A stretch of 64,000 bases of DNA from Alphaproteobacteria bacterium (lineage in GTDB: Bacteria > Pseudomonadota > Alphaproteobacteria > Rs-D84): the NCBI GenBank assembly GCA_009784235.1, contig WRCC01000003.1, positions 328-64,327 of the forward strand, given 5' to 3'. Numbering within the stretch: the stretch's first letter is position 1; each line of letters opens with the position of its first letter. A program made the position numbers and the translations under genes. A model generated the notes under the pieces. The model saw nothing but the letters and a program-made list of their open reading frames with translations. It was not told where the DNA came from and searched no databases. Positions 1 through 9,365 of the stretch are shown piece by piece.

Positions 1-556
1 CTTAATTAAAAATCAGTTCGTCTTTACATATATGTATTCGCAAGATAGGAATATTCGAGGTTTATAAAAACGAATTTTTTGTAACCTACTACCTATCTTA
101 GTGATGTGCACAATGACAATTGTCAAAGTTTGGATTTTTCCACTTTAACTGTCTGCACATCCCTTCTTTTTATCATTGATATTCTGCATACACAAAAAAC
201 CAAATCAAAAAATTTGATGAGCTGCTTTATTCACAAAATTGGGATTTTATTCTGATTGTCCGAATCGTCGAAAAATCAAAAATCCGCTGAATTCCAGGGG
301 TTGACGCTGATATGCCAACTTGAAAGCCCGCTTAATATAAAGCGTTTCGAATAAAATGTCAAGTGCTTTTGTAAAAATAATCATAAAAAAGTTTTTGGTC
401 GCACCCAAAGGCCACCGCCATTTTGCACAAATTTTGACCCGTTTGCACCGTTATGTTCAAAACATTTTACAAAATCCACGCAATAAGAACAAAAACCGTA
501 TATTAAAAATAATTGCAACAAATGTTGTATTGGGATAAAATAGGCCAGATTATTTA

Positions 557-672
557 ACTGGATTGCTTCGTTCTTGTTTTTAACAATTATTAAATGTTAA
601 AAACAATTCAGTGCTCGCAATAACAAAATATAGTTGTCATTGCGAGGAGCGCAAGCGACGAAGCAATCCAGT
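557..672. repeat. Nested palindromic intergenic element (Rickettsia-palindromic-element-like)
   Basis: ACTGGATTGCTTCGT (557-571) pairs with ACGAAGCAATCCAGT (658-672). Two inner hairpins: TTGTTTTTAACA 574-585 / TGTTAAAAACAA 595-606, and CTCGCAAT 614-621 / ATTGCGAG 639-646. One arm recurs at 26032-26046. Confidence 0.7.
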
Positions 673-690
673 GACTTAAAAGGAACCATA

Positions 691-1890
691 ATGAACATCC
701 GCACCATAAACGAATTAACAGACATCGCCGGGAAATATATTTTGTTGCGCGATGATTTTAATGTGCAAATTGTTGATGGCAAAATCATGGATACTTTTCG
801 CATTGAACAATCTTTGCCGACGATTCGCAGGTTACAGGAAATGGGCGCGCGGATTGCGATTGTATCACATCTGGGTCGGCCGGATGGCGCGCCGGATTCA
901 AAATTTTCTTTGGCGCCCGTGGCATTTGCATTATCTGAATTATTGGGCGAACCAGTTCCATTAATATCGGACTGCATCGGCGAATCGGTGGCCGATGCAC
1001 GCCGTAATATGGAAAACGGCGACGTTGTGTTATTGGAAAACGTTCGGTTTCACGGTGGCGAAGAATCAAACGATTCGGAATTCGCGGCCGCATTGGCCCA
1101 TGGATTTAATATCTATATAAATGACGCATTTGCTGTATCGCATCGCGCACATGCATCAACCGTCGGTGTTACGAAATTTTTACCGGCATACGCGGGCGAA
1201 TTACTGGCGTCCGAAATTGCAGAATTATCACACGTTATGAATAATCCAACGCGGCCATTAATGGCCATTGTCAGCGGCGCGAAATTAAATACAAAAATCG
1301 ATGTGCTGGAATCAATGGTTACAAAGTGCGACACAGTTGCGGTATGCGGCGGAATCGGAACAACGTTCGCCATTGCATCCGGCAAATATAATTTTACCGA
1401 TATGTTGTATAAACCAGAATACAAAGAAATCGTATTACGCATTATGGCCGCGGCTGAAAAGCATGGATGCAAAATATTGTTGCCGATTGATAAAGGCGTC
1501 GGCCCGGAATGGGCCGCATCCGCGCCACGCACGGATAAAACTTTGTCCAATGTATTGGGCAGCGATGTGATAATGGACGAAGGCCCGGAATCAATTGCAC
1601 AAATCACAAATGCAATCGACGAATCGAAAACAATTATATGGAACGGTACGGTCGGAATGGCTGAATGGCCGCCGGTTTGGTCGGCGGGAACATTCGCGAT
1701 TGCAAAACACATCGCGTCGCGCACCCGCGCCGGCAAACTGGAATCCATTATCGGCGGCGGTGATACAGTCGCAGCATTGGAAGCAACGGACACAATGAAC
1801 GACATAACATACGTTTCAACCGGCGGCGGCGCATTTTTGGAATTTATCGAAGGCCGCGCCTTACCCGGCATTGTTGCATTGGAAAATTAA
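691..1890 (+). CDS. pgk: Phosphoglycerate kinase
   Basis: MNIRTINEL...FNVQIVDGKI..RI..SLPTI..L...GARIAIVSHLGRPDG and a C-terminal GGGDT..A...GGGAFLEF are typical Pgk. ATG at 691 follows an AAAAGGA SD. The TTG at 634 lies inside the repeat. Confidence 0.95.
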   Translation: MNIRTINELTDIAGKYILLRDDFNVQIVDGKIMDTFRIEQSLPTIRRLQEMGARIAIVSHLGRPDGAPDSKFSLAPVAFALSELLGEPVPLISDCIGESVADARRNMENGDVVLLENVRFHGGEESNDSEFAAALAHGFNIYINDAFAVSHRAHASTVGVTKFLPAYAGELLASEIAELSHVMNNPTRPLMAIVSGAKLNTKIDVLESMVTKCDTVAVCGGIGTTFAIASGKYNFTDMLYKPEYKEIVLRIMAAAEKHGCKILLPIDKGVGPEWAASAPRTDKTLSNVLGSDVIMDEGPESIAQITNAIDESKTIIWNGTVGMAEWPPVWSAGTFAIAKHIASRTRAGKLESIIGGGDTVAALEATDTMNDITYVSTGGGAFLEFIEGRALPGIVALEN

Positions 1891-1915
1891 AAAACGCGCA
1901 TAATGCGCGTTTTTT
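1889..1915. terminator. Bidirectional intrinsic terminator
   Basis: A-run, ACGCGCA-TAA-TGCGCGT, T-run. Lies between convergent pgk and the 1914-2555 gene. Confidence 0.7.
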
Positions 1916-2555
1916 AATTCACAATTTCTTGTCCGCGGCCAAACATCATGGCCATATTTTCTGTATTTGTTTTTTGATACTGCCGCCAGATTTTTTGTAA
2001 TTCTGTCGCCTGGTCTTCGGTTATAATACAGTTTGTGTCGTGACTGCCACCCATCACATTTCCAATCTCTGTTATAACTTTGCATGACGGGGAATTCGGA
2101 TTTACTTTTTTCGGGGCGCATTTTGGCTGCTCTATGCATTTGTCGCAGCTTATTTCAATGCGGTCAAAGAACAGCGTCGGCACAAGTTGTTGTATTACTT
2201 CTTTCTTATAGGCATCTGACAGCATACCCATTAATTTCGTTGCATCTTTTTCTGGAGCGTGCGCAAGAATTATTACCATAATAACTTCTGCTGCTATACC
2301 TCTGGCCAGCGCATAATCTTCTTCGCTGTTGATTACGTCTTTGTCCATCAGTTCTTCGATAAATTGCATCATTTTTGAAGCAAAATATTCCACGACCATG
2401 GACAATTTCATACGATGCGACATTTGCTGAAATTCGCGCATAGACAAAATGCGTTCCGATTTAACCGCAGCCTTGACCGCATTATACCAAGTTGGCACTG
2501 GCAAATCTTTTTTAATAAATTCTATAAACAATTTTTTGATTAAATTCGTGTTCAT
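1914..2555 (-). CDS. Hypothetical protein (213 aa)
   Basis: Long ORF 11 nt downstream of 2567-3352 on the same strand. No motif recognised. C-terminal half has several Cys (CDKCIEQPKC, SCK, NC). Confidence 0.55.
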   Translation of the reverse strand: MNTNLIKKLFIEFIKKDLPVPTWYNAVKAAVKSERILSMREFQQMSHRMKLSMVVEYFASKMMQFIEELMDKDVINSEEDYALARGIAAEVIMVIILAHAPEKDATKLMGMLSDAYKKEVIQQLVPTLFFDRIEISCDKCIEQPKCAPKKVNPNSPSCKVITEIGNVMGGSHDTNCIITEDQATELQKIWRQYQKTNTENMAMMFGRGQEIVN

Positions 2556-2566
2556 TTTTAAATTCC

Positions 2567-3352
2567 TTAATGTACTGGTTCACACCATTGAATAATGGCG
2601 TCCCAAAATCGGTGCAAGGCATCTGGGTTTTCGCCCCATGAAACTATTTCTACGCGATGCGCCAAATTTATTTTCTCTTTGATATTGTATGGTCGAACCG
2701 CCATTATTGCCGCATGTGTTGCATCACAATTTTCTGGGCGGTCTGGACATTTATTCAATACAAAATCTCTATCAAGCTGTAAATAATTCCGACATTCCCA
2801 GCACGCCATGCCATCCATTGTGTATCCGGGCATATTTATAAATACACCGGGAATTGATTTCATGTACGCTTCGTCTGCAGCGTCCCATTTGTCCGCAAAC
2901 TCAGATTGCCATTCACAAACACTATTCCACAAAGTCGCAAGTGTTTTCTTAGGCATTTTTATTTTATTTTTCGCCGCAATTTTATTCATCGTATTCCACA
3001 TAAAATCATCGGAATATAATGTCATATCTTCGTCCCAGTTTTCATCGCCCGCACAAAGCGACATCGCATCAAATTGTTTCATAAGATAAGTCAGCAAATA
3101 TAACATTTTTTGTCGAACGTTCATTTGCGGCAGTATTTGCTTTTTTTCATCCGCAACAACTTTTTTGGTTTTTTCGGAAAACAGTTTTGGATTTTCACAT
3201 TCTTGCAATATGCGTAAATTAACTTCGTCTGTCAGCATACTTTTTACCGCACGCGCAACCAAAGTATTGAACGAAGCACGCCCCAGAACTTCTTTTTTAA
3301 ATTTTGATATAACTGCATCTACTTCGGGAAATTGTGAATTTTTCTTTGGCAT
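2567..3352 (-). CDS. Hypothetical protein (261 aa)
   Basis: Long ORF forming a probable two-gene operon with 1914-2555. No motif recognised. Confidence 0.55.
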   Translation of the reverse strand: MPKKNSQFPEVDAVISKFKKEVLGRASFNTLVARAVKSMLTDEVNLRILQECENPKLFSEKTKKVVADEKKQILPQMNVRQKMLYLLTYLMKQFDAMSLCAGDENWDEDMTLYSDDFMWNTMNKIAAKNKIKMPKKTLATLWNSVCEWQSEFADKWDAADEAYMKSIPGVFINMPGYTMDGMACWECRNYLQLDRDFVLNKCPDRPENCDATHAAIMAVRPYNIKEKINLAHRVEIVSWGENPDALHRFWDAIIQWCEPVH

Positions 3353-3428
3353 CTTTTATCCATTTGACGAATATTATTTATTGCCATTTTAACCTTGTTA
3401 CAATTATTGTCAAGTTGTTTTACACGAC

Positions 3429-3456
3429 TTGATTTTATACAAAACAACGCTATAAT
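3429..3456 (+). promoter_or_regulatory. Candidate sigma70-type promoter for ftsY
   Basis: TTGATT (3429-3434), 16-nt spacer, TATAAT (3451-3456). The ATG at 3464 is 8 nt after the -10. Confidence 0.3.
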
Positions 3457-3463
3457 GACGCCT

Positions 3464-4342
3464 ATGGGCATATTTTCAAAAATTTCATCGATATTTACAG
3501 GCAAAAAAGAACTGGACGCGGCAAACGTCGAATTGTTGCGCGACGCATTGATTGGCGCAGACATTGCACCTGATTTGGCGGAACAATTGGTCGGCAAACT
3601 GCGCGCACGTGGTACGGTTACTGAATCAGAGGCCAAACAGATACTATTCGACGCCATGTTGCCGATTGTTGGCAAATTGGCCGGATGGCCGATTGCCAAC
3701 CATCTGCCCGTACCCGGAAAATCTGAATCCCCGATGGTAATTTTGATATCGGGTGTAAATGGCGCGGGAAAAACAACATCAATTGGCAAATTGGCTTCAT
3801 TTTGGAAAGACATGGGGCACAAAGTTGTAATCGGCGCAGCCGATACTTTCCGGGCAGCAGCATGCGAACAGCTGGCCGAATGGGCCGACCGCGCAGGTGC
3901 AGATTTAATCACCGGCACCGGCGACCCAGCGTCTGTGGCATACAAAGCCGTCGAACACGGCATCGCAGTCAAAGCTGATATTGTTATAATTGACACCGCC
4001 GGCCGGTTGCATAATCGTGCCGATTTGATGGACGAACTGGCCAAAATCACACGCGTAATACAAAAACTGGACCCTGGCGCGCCGCATGTATCCACGTTGG
4101 TGCTGGACGCGAATACCGGCCAAAATGCGCTGAACCAAATTGAATTTTTTAACAAAGCCGCGCCGCTGACCGGATTGATGGTCACAAAAATGGATTCAAC
4201 GGCCAAAGGTGGATTTTTGGTATCGTATGCAGCAAACAACAAGATTCCCCTGCCCGTCTATGGCATCGGCTATGGCGAAAAATTGCACGATTTGCGCCCA
4301 TTCAGTGCAGATGAATATCTGCATAAATTGTTGGGCATGTAA
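3464..4342 (+). CDS. ftsY: Signal recognition particle receptor FtsY
   Basis: GVNGAGKTTSIGKLA (P-loop), DTAGRLHN, TKMDSTAKGG are SRP-GTPase motifs. Start is uncertain (TTG 3395, ATG 3455 or ATG 3464). Confidence 0.9.
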   Translation: MGIFSKISSIFTGKKELDAANVELLRDALIGADIAPDLAEQLVGKLRARGTVTESEAKQILFDAMLPIVGKLAGWPIANHLPVPGKSESPMVILISGVNGAGKTTSIGKLASFWKDMGHKVVIGAADTFRAAACEQLAEWADRAGADLITGTGDPASVAYKAVEHGIAVKADIVIIDTAGRLHNRADLMDELAKITRVIQKLDPGAPHVSTLVLDANTGQNALNQIEFFNKAAPLTGLMVTKMDSTAKGGFLVSYAANNKIPLPVYGIGYGEKLHDLRPFSADEYLHKLLGM

Positions 4343-4399
4343 AATTCGCGAATCGGTTTTTTGAATGATATAATTACCAGTACACGAAAAGGATAAGAT

Positions 4400-4981
4400 A
4401 TGGCTTTAATTCCAATGGTTATCGAAGAAAGCGGACGTGGCGAACGCTCGTTCGACATATATTCCCGCCTGCTGCGCGACCGAATTGTGATGGTCCAGGG
4501 CGAATTCGGAATGCAGATGGCGAACATTATCATCGCGCAATTGCTGTTCCTGGAATCTGAAAATCCGAACGCAGATATCCAGCTATACATCCAATCCCCG
4601 GGCGGCAGCGCGGACGCATGCTATGCAATTCTGGATACCATGAATTACATCAAATCGCCGGTATCGACAATCGGCATGGGGCTGGTCGCATCGGCCGCAT
4701 CCGTGATATTGGCCGGTGGTGCACCGGGCAAACGATTTGCTTTGCCGAATGCGCATATTATGATTCATCAACCATTAACAGGTGCCGAGGGGCAAGTTAC
4801 AGACGTAGAAATCCGCCTGGCCGAGGCAATCAAATTAAAGAAAAAATTAATCGCCGATTATGCTGCGTGGACCGGAAAATCTGAAAAGATAATCGCGGAC
4901 GCCATCGAACGCGACAATTTCATGTCCGCGACCGAAGCGAAAGAATTTGGCTTGATTGATGAAATTTTGATAAAGAAATAA
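4400..4981 (+). CDS. clpP: ATP-dependent Clp protease proteolytic subunit
   Basis: [16 protein letters not shown]...[21 protein letters not shown]...AILDTM..I...V.T...G.AAS are ClpP hallmarks. Sits upstream of clpX. Confidence 0.95.
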   Translation: MALIPMVIEESGRGERSFDIYSRLLRDRIVMVQGEFGMQMANIIIAQLLFLESENPNADIQLYIQSPGGSADACYAILDTMNYIKSPVSTIGMGLVASAASVILAGGAPGKRFALPNAHIMIHQPLTGAEGQVTDVEIRLAEAIKLKKKLIADYAAWTGKSEKIIADAIERDNFMSATEAKEFGLIDEILIKK

Positions 4982-4984
4982 TAA

Positions 4985-5098
4985 AAGTTCCCCTCTTTTG
5001 GAGGGGTGTCCCGAAGGGACGGGGTGGTTTACCCAGACTTCGGATACACTGTAAACCACCTCGGCGCTGCGCGCCACTCCTCCAAAGGAGGAGAACTT
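4985..5098. repeat. Structured palindromic repeat, copy 1 (AAGTTCCCCTC-TTTGGAGGGGTG family)
   Basis: Terminal inverted repeats AAGTTCCCCTCTTTTGGAGGGGTG / CACTCCTCCAAAGGAGGAGAACTT, with an inner pair GGGGTGGTTTAC / GTAAACCACC. Near-identical architecture at 9241-9365. Confidence 0.85.
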
Positions 5099-5121
5099 AG
5101 AGTATCCCTAGAGAGAACAAT

Positions 5122-6396
5122 ATGTCCGACAAAGATAAAGAAATAAAGTCTTCGACTACCGAACAAACTGACCACCAGGTCTGCTCTTTCTGTGGCAAGG
5201 CCGTATTCGAAGTAAAAAAATTGGTATCGGGGAAAAACGTCTGCATCTGCGATGAATGCATCGGGCTGTGCAATGATATCATGGCCGAAGACACATCGGT
5301 CAAAGTTTCGCACGATGCGACTAAATTACCCACACCATCAAAGATTTTCAAAACGCTGAACGAATATATAATCGGCCAAGAAGACGCAAAACGCACCCTT
5401 GCCGTCGCGGTTTATAATCATTACAAACGACACAACGCGTCCGCGAAATGCGATGTGGAAATTCAAAAATCAAATATCCTGATGGTCGGGCCAACCGGTA
5501 CCGGAAAAACTTTGTTCGCGCAAACTTTGGCGCGCGTGCTGGATGTTCCGTTTGCGATTGCAGACGCGACAACGTTGACCGAAGCGGGCTATGTCGGCGA
5601 AGACGTGGAAAGCGTTCTGACACGCTTGCTGCAAAATGCGAATTTTGATTTGGAACGCGCACAAAAGGGAATTATCTATATCGACGAAATCGATAAAATT
5701 TCACGTAAATCCGAAAATCCATCGTTGACGCGCGATGTATCGGGCGAAGGCGTACAACAAGCATTACTGAAATTAATCGAAGGCACGACTGCTAATGTTC
5801 CGTCCCACCCAACCGGCGGGCGCAAGCATCCGAATGAAACGACTGTGCAAATCAACACGTCTGGAATTTTATTTATCTGTGGCGGCGCGTTTGACGGCCT
5901 GAACAAAATAATCGGCGCGCGCACGAACGAACGTGCTGGCATTGGATTCGGCGCGAACGTGCAATCGAAAAAAGACCGCAGCGATACGTTCCGCCTGGGC
6001 GAACTATTACCATCTGACATTGTAAAATTCGGAATCATCCCGGAATTGGTTGGACGTTTGCCGATTATCACAACGCTGACCGAATTGGATAAAGACGCGC
6101 TGGTTAAAATCCTGACCGAACCAAAAAACGCCATTGCAAAACAATACGGCGCGATGTTCGAAATGGAAGGCGTCAAATTAACATTAAAACCAGACGCACT
6201 GGACGCCATTGCGACCAAGGCTTTGGAACGTAAAACCGGTGCACGCGGATTGCGTTCGATACTGGAAAAAATCCTGCTGCAACCGATGTTCGATGCCCCG
6301 GACCAGGAAGGACTGAAAGAAATCGTCATCGATGCTGACACCGTGAACGGCATCAAAGAACCAACACTGGTGTTCGAAAAGAAAAAAGCTGCATAA
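5122..6396 (+). CDS. clpX: ATP-dependent Clp protease ATP-binding subunit ClpX
   Basis: N-terminal zinc finger CSFCGK...CICDEC, Walker [29 protein letters not shown]. Confidence 0.97.
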   Translation: MSDKDKEIKSSTTEQTDHQVCSFCGKAVFEVKKLVSGKNVCICDECIGLCNDIMAEDTSVKVSHDATKLPTPSKIFKTLNEYIIGQEDAKRTLAVAVYNHYKRHNASAKCDVEIQKSNILMVGPTGTGKTLFAQTLARVLDVPFAIADATTLTEAGYVGEDVESVLTRLLQNANFDLERAQKGIIYIDEIDKISRKSENPSLTRDVSGEGVQQALLKLIEGTTANVPSHPTGGRKHPNETTVQINTSGILFICGGAFDGLNKIIGARTNERAGIGFGANVQSKKDRSDTFRLGELLPSDIVKFGIIPELVGRLPIITTLTELDKDALVKILTEPKNAIAKQYGAMFEMEGVKLTLKPDALDAIATKALERKTGARGLRSILEKILLQPMFDAPDQEGLKEIVIDADTVNGIKEPTLVFEKKKAA

Positions 6397-6399
6397 AAA

Positions 6400-6425
6400 A
6401 TCACGCCAAATGGCGTGATTTTTTA
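6400..6425 (+). terminator. Intrinsic terminator after clpX
   Basis: ATCACGCCA-AA-TGGCGTGAT followed by a T-run. Confidence 0.75.
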
Positions 6426-6439
6426 TCAAATTTCCTTGC

Positions 6440-8275
6440 TTATAATTGACATTCAACCGCAACAATATTTATCGTTCTGCAACCCGGACTTGACTGTCCC
6501 GACTGGTCCGGACAACGCGATGCCCCTTCGCCAGATGACACCAGCCGTCCACGCAAATTTGGGTTTTGTGATTCAAAATATTCCATTACTTTCTGTGCGC
6601 GGCATTCGGACAAAGCTTGGTTGTTTGCCAAACAATTATCTGCTGATGCGCGAATGTTTTGACTGTCTGTATGGCCAATAATATCAAAACAAGCATTGGC
6701 CAGCTTTGCATCATTCATTATAGCCAGTGCGCGTGACAATTCATTTCGGGCCAAATCGCGGTCGGCAAGGTTGTACCGACCACTGTTAAACAAAGTATTG
6801 GCATTCAGCGAAAATGTGGCAAATAAATCTGACGCAGACACTTGGGGCGTTGTTACGGGTGTGGTTGTGGATGGTGGGATATTGCCGACCGGGATTGCAG
6901 CCATAGTTTCGCCGAATTCTTCATCACTCATGCTGAAATCGTGGTGTTCCAGCGCGACATCAGCGACATCCTCTATACATTCGCCATTGCGCAGCACAAG
7001 TCCATCTCTTTCGCAGTCTGCATTTGTTAATGCACGTGTTTGCGGCGTGGCTTTGTCCAATTCGGCCATAGTCTGATTTTTCGCCCTATCAACTTCACGT
7101 CTTGCTTTATTGGTTTCAAGTCCGCGGCCGACAACACCGGATGCCAATGCACCGGCAGCCATACCCAATCCTGCGCCGACCAGTTCCGCGCGCCGACCGG
7201 CTTGTTCGCGTGTGATTGCGGCCGCATGTTCACGGAAAGTTGTCACATCAACGCCGAACCAATCTTCACTGCATTGATAAGTCATACCCGCGCCAATATT
7301 GCGCGATGCAAATGGTGTCGTGGAACCGCCGACCATAAATTCAACACTGAACACGCATTCCAGTGAACGCGTATCCAGCGTTCCGCGCATCGCCCGGCAT
7401 TCATTCTGCATCTGTTCACGGATAGCATAAAGGCGTTGTTCCAATCGTGCAACATCGCGTTCCGCATCGACGCGAACGCTTGCAAACAATTCCATCGCGC
7501 GGGCGCGCAATCCGTTGTCCGCCGATTGACATCCGCGATATACCTGTTCGCAATCAGCAATCGCACGGTCACCGCCCGATTTAGAAAGGCATCGCGACAA
7601 TCCGCGCCCACCGCAAGCCCGAAATATGCATGCGCGATAATTATCGCCACATTCTTTGATTTCCGTGAAACGACCCAGCAATGCATTCATATCGCGGTCG
7701 GATTTTATTTCTGCGGCGAATATCGTTAATTCACGCCCGCTGCAATTTGCATTTCGTGCACAAATATCTATTTTCCGGCCCCAAACCTGGTCGCCGTCCA
7801 GCGCGCATTTTGTAAAATCATTTCCGCATTCCGCCGACATACATTCGCGCAAAGCATTATCACACGCATTTCCGCGTCCTGTGCCTGTCATTGCCGCAAT
7901 GTTCGCAGTCGCCGCACTTGACGCTTCACCCGCGGCAATTGCCGCGCGTTGTTCTTGTATCCGGCGCGCCATCGCGTCATCATTACCGGAACGGGTTGCC
8001 GCATTTGTATCGGACATCATGGCAGAAAAAGCCGCCGCGCGATTTTCCAAATCCGGCCCGGCCACCACTTCTTCGACAATAATTTCTTCTTCAATTACCA
8101 CGGCGACCGGCGTCGGGCTTTGTTGTACGGCCAAACTGGGCACGCGTGCAACCGGGGCGGCTTGGGCGCGCGATGGTGCCGATGCAGTCGGCCGCGCAAC
8201 GACAGCGGCATCTGCAAACCCAATGCTGAATGCAGCCATCGCAAAACAAATAAAATATTTTTTTACATTCATCAT
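6440..8275 (-). CDS. Exported cysteine-rich protein with C-terminal OmpA-like domain
   Basis: Signal peptide MMNVKKYFICFAMAAFSIGFADA. Has CDNALRECMSAECGNDFTKC and many further Cys, then a Gly-zipper-like GAGLGMAAGALASGVVG. The C-terminus IIGHTDSQ...N..LS..RA..V..Y matches the OmpA_C pattern. Confidence 0.8.
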   Translation of the reverse strand: MMNVKKYFICFAMAAFSIGFADAAVVARPTASAPSRAQAAPVARVPSLAVQQSPTPVAVVIEEEIIVEEVVAGPDLENRAAAFSAMMSDTNAATRSGNDDAMARRIQEQRAAIAAGEASSAATANIAAMTGTGRGNACDNALRECMSAECGNDFTKCALDGDQVWGRKIDICARNANCSGRELTIFAAEIKSDRDMNALLGRFTEIKECGDNYRACIFRACGGRGLSRCLSKSGGDRAIADCEQVYRGCQSADNGLRARAMELFASVRVDAERDVARLEQRLYAIREQMQNECRAMRGTLDTRSLECVFSVEFMVGGSTTPFASRNIGAGMTYQCSEDWFGVDVTTFREHAAAITREQAGRRAELVGAGLGMAAGALASGVVGRGLETNKARREVDRAKNQTMAELDKATPQTRALTNADCERDGLVLRNGECIEDVADVALEHHDFSMSDEEFGETMAAIPVGNIPPSTTTPVTTPQVSASDLFATFSLNANTLFNSGRYNLADRDLARNELSRALAIMNDAKLANACFDIIGHTDSQNIRASADNCLANNQALSECRAQKVMEYFESQNPNLRGRLVSSGEGASRCPDQSGQSSPGCRTINIVAVECQL

Positions 8276-9177
8276 TGTTTAATTCGTTCACACGCCAGAT
8301 CTATATATTTACAGAAATTCGTCGCATGCCCGCGTTCATGCGCAAAATCGTTGCCACAGCGATTAGGCATATAAGAACATACTTCGGCAATGCATGCATT
8401 TTTTGTGGCGCCGCTGGCACAATCGGCGCGTGCGCCGGCCAACCGTCGGTCGCGTGCATCACGCCGCGCCGCCGCAACATTTTCAATATTGGTTGTACGC
8501 GCGGCAAAATAATTATCGCGCGTTGCAATCGATGCGGTGCGCAGTGTATCAACCGCCAGATGACCACAATCTTTTTCCACGACGCATGCCGCGAACACTC
8601 GGTTGAAATCATTGTTTTCCGCGCATCCCGCCCAATCCGCACCGCACCCGGCATCCGCGACCAAACACAAATTAATATCAGATTCGCATGCACGTTCGGT
8701 TTTTTGCGGCTTGGCCACCATCACACGCGCCAATTCATCCGCGGTTATAACGGCTTCGCATGATTTATTGATAAGTGTATCGTAATTTCTTTCCGCATCC
8801 GTGTCACCGCATCCAGCAATTTTTTCAAAGCATAATTTTCGCGCCGCCGCATAACGCGCACCTGGATCAGTAGGCAATTCGCGCAATTGCGCATCGGTCA
8901 AAACATTCGACGCCGCACGCCCAAGTGCCAAAGATTGCATTTGTGCCGCCGGCCGCCCAAAATTATATTCGTTCGTCACAGCGCCGCGCGCCAAATCCGC
9001 CAATTCACGGCTGGCGCACGCAATACACCGCGCACCCGGATTGGTTTCGATATTCGCTGCGCACGCAGAATCCAGGCATTGTATTAAATTCGGAACGTGG
9101 CAAACGGCCGCCGCACTCGCAACCATCGGCGCAAAAATAACAGCAAACAACGAAAACAACAGTGCCCGTTTGAACAT
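8272..9177 (-). CDS. Exported cysteine-rich protein (301 aa), family member
   Basis: Signal peptide MFKRALLFSLFAVIFAPMVASA. Has CHVPNLIQCLDSAC...CIAC, GCGADWAGC and RCGNDF. Its stop overlaps the start of 6440-8275 (ATGA). Confidence 0.75.
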   Translation of the reverse strand: MFKRALLFSLFAVIFAPMVASAAAVCHVPNLIQCLDSACAANIETNPGARCIACASRELADLARGAVTNEYNFGRPAAQMQSLALGRAASNVLTDAQLRELPTDPGARYAAARKLCFEKIAGCGDTDAERNYDTLINKSCEAVITADELARVMVAKPQKTERACESDINLCLVADAGCGADWAGCAENNDFNRVFAACVVEKDCGHLAVDTLRTASIATRDNYFAARTTNIENVAAARRDARDRRLAGARADCASGATKNACIAEVCSYMPNRCGNDFAHERGHATNFCKYIDLACERIKQ

Positions 9178-9240
9178 AAATCTCTCTTAATTAAAGATTT
9201 TATCAGAAATCAGAAATTCGTTCAAGCGGCTATTGCAAAT

Positions 9241-9365
9241 AAGTTCCCCTCCTTTGGAGGGGTGGATTGTGGCGCAAGCCGCAAGACGGGGTGGTTTACC
9301 CAGCTTTCGGGTCCACCGTAAACCACCCCGCCGCTTCGCGGCACCCCTCCAAAGGAGGGGAACTT
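9241..9365. repeat. Structured palindromic repeat, copy 2
   Basis: AAGTTCCCCTCCTTTGGAGGGGTG ... GGGGTGGTTTACCCAG ... GTAAACCACCCC ... CACCCCTCCAAAGGAGGGGAACTT. Lies in the divergent region between 8272-9177 and priA. Confidence 0.85.

Noticed and set aside
356-538. 60-aa ORF in the AT-rich 5' region, and the region 1-556 as a possible replication origin
   Set aside because: The ORF is basic and low-complexity with no SD. I could not find DnaA-box (TTATCCACA-like) clusters or TTAA-N7-TTAA CtrA sites, so no origin call is made.
634-690. TTG-initiated N-terminal extension of pgk (MSLRGAQATKQSSDLKGTI)
   Set aside because: It is encoded by the palindromic repeat. The ATG at 691 has a proper SD, and Pgk homology starts there.
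1113-1871. 252-aa antisense ORF within pgk. Similar shadow ORFs: 3319-4242 (ftsY), 5676-6404 (clpX), 7656-8282 (OmpA-domain gene), 12277-12903 (M48)
   Set aside because: Each lies fully inside a gene with strong homology on the other strand. They are typical GC-third-position shadow ORFs with Ser/Ala/Pro/Arg-rich sequences.
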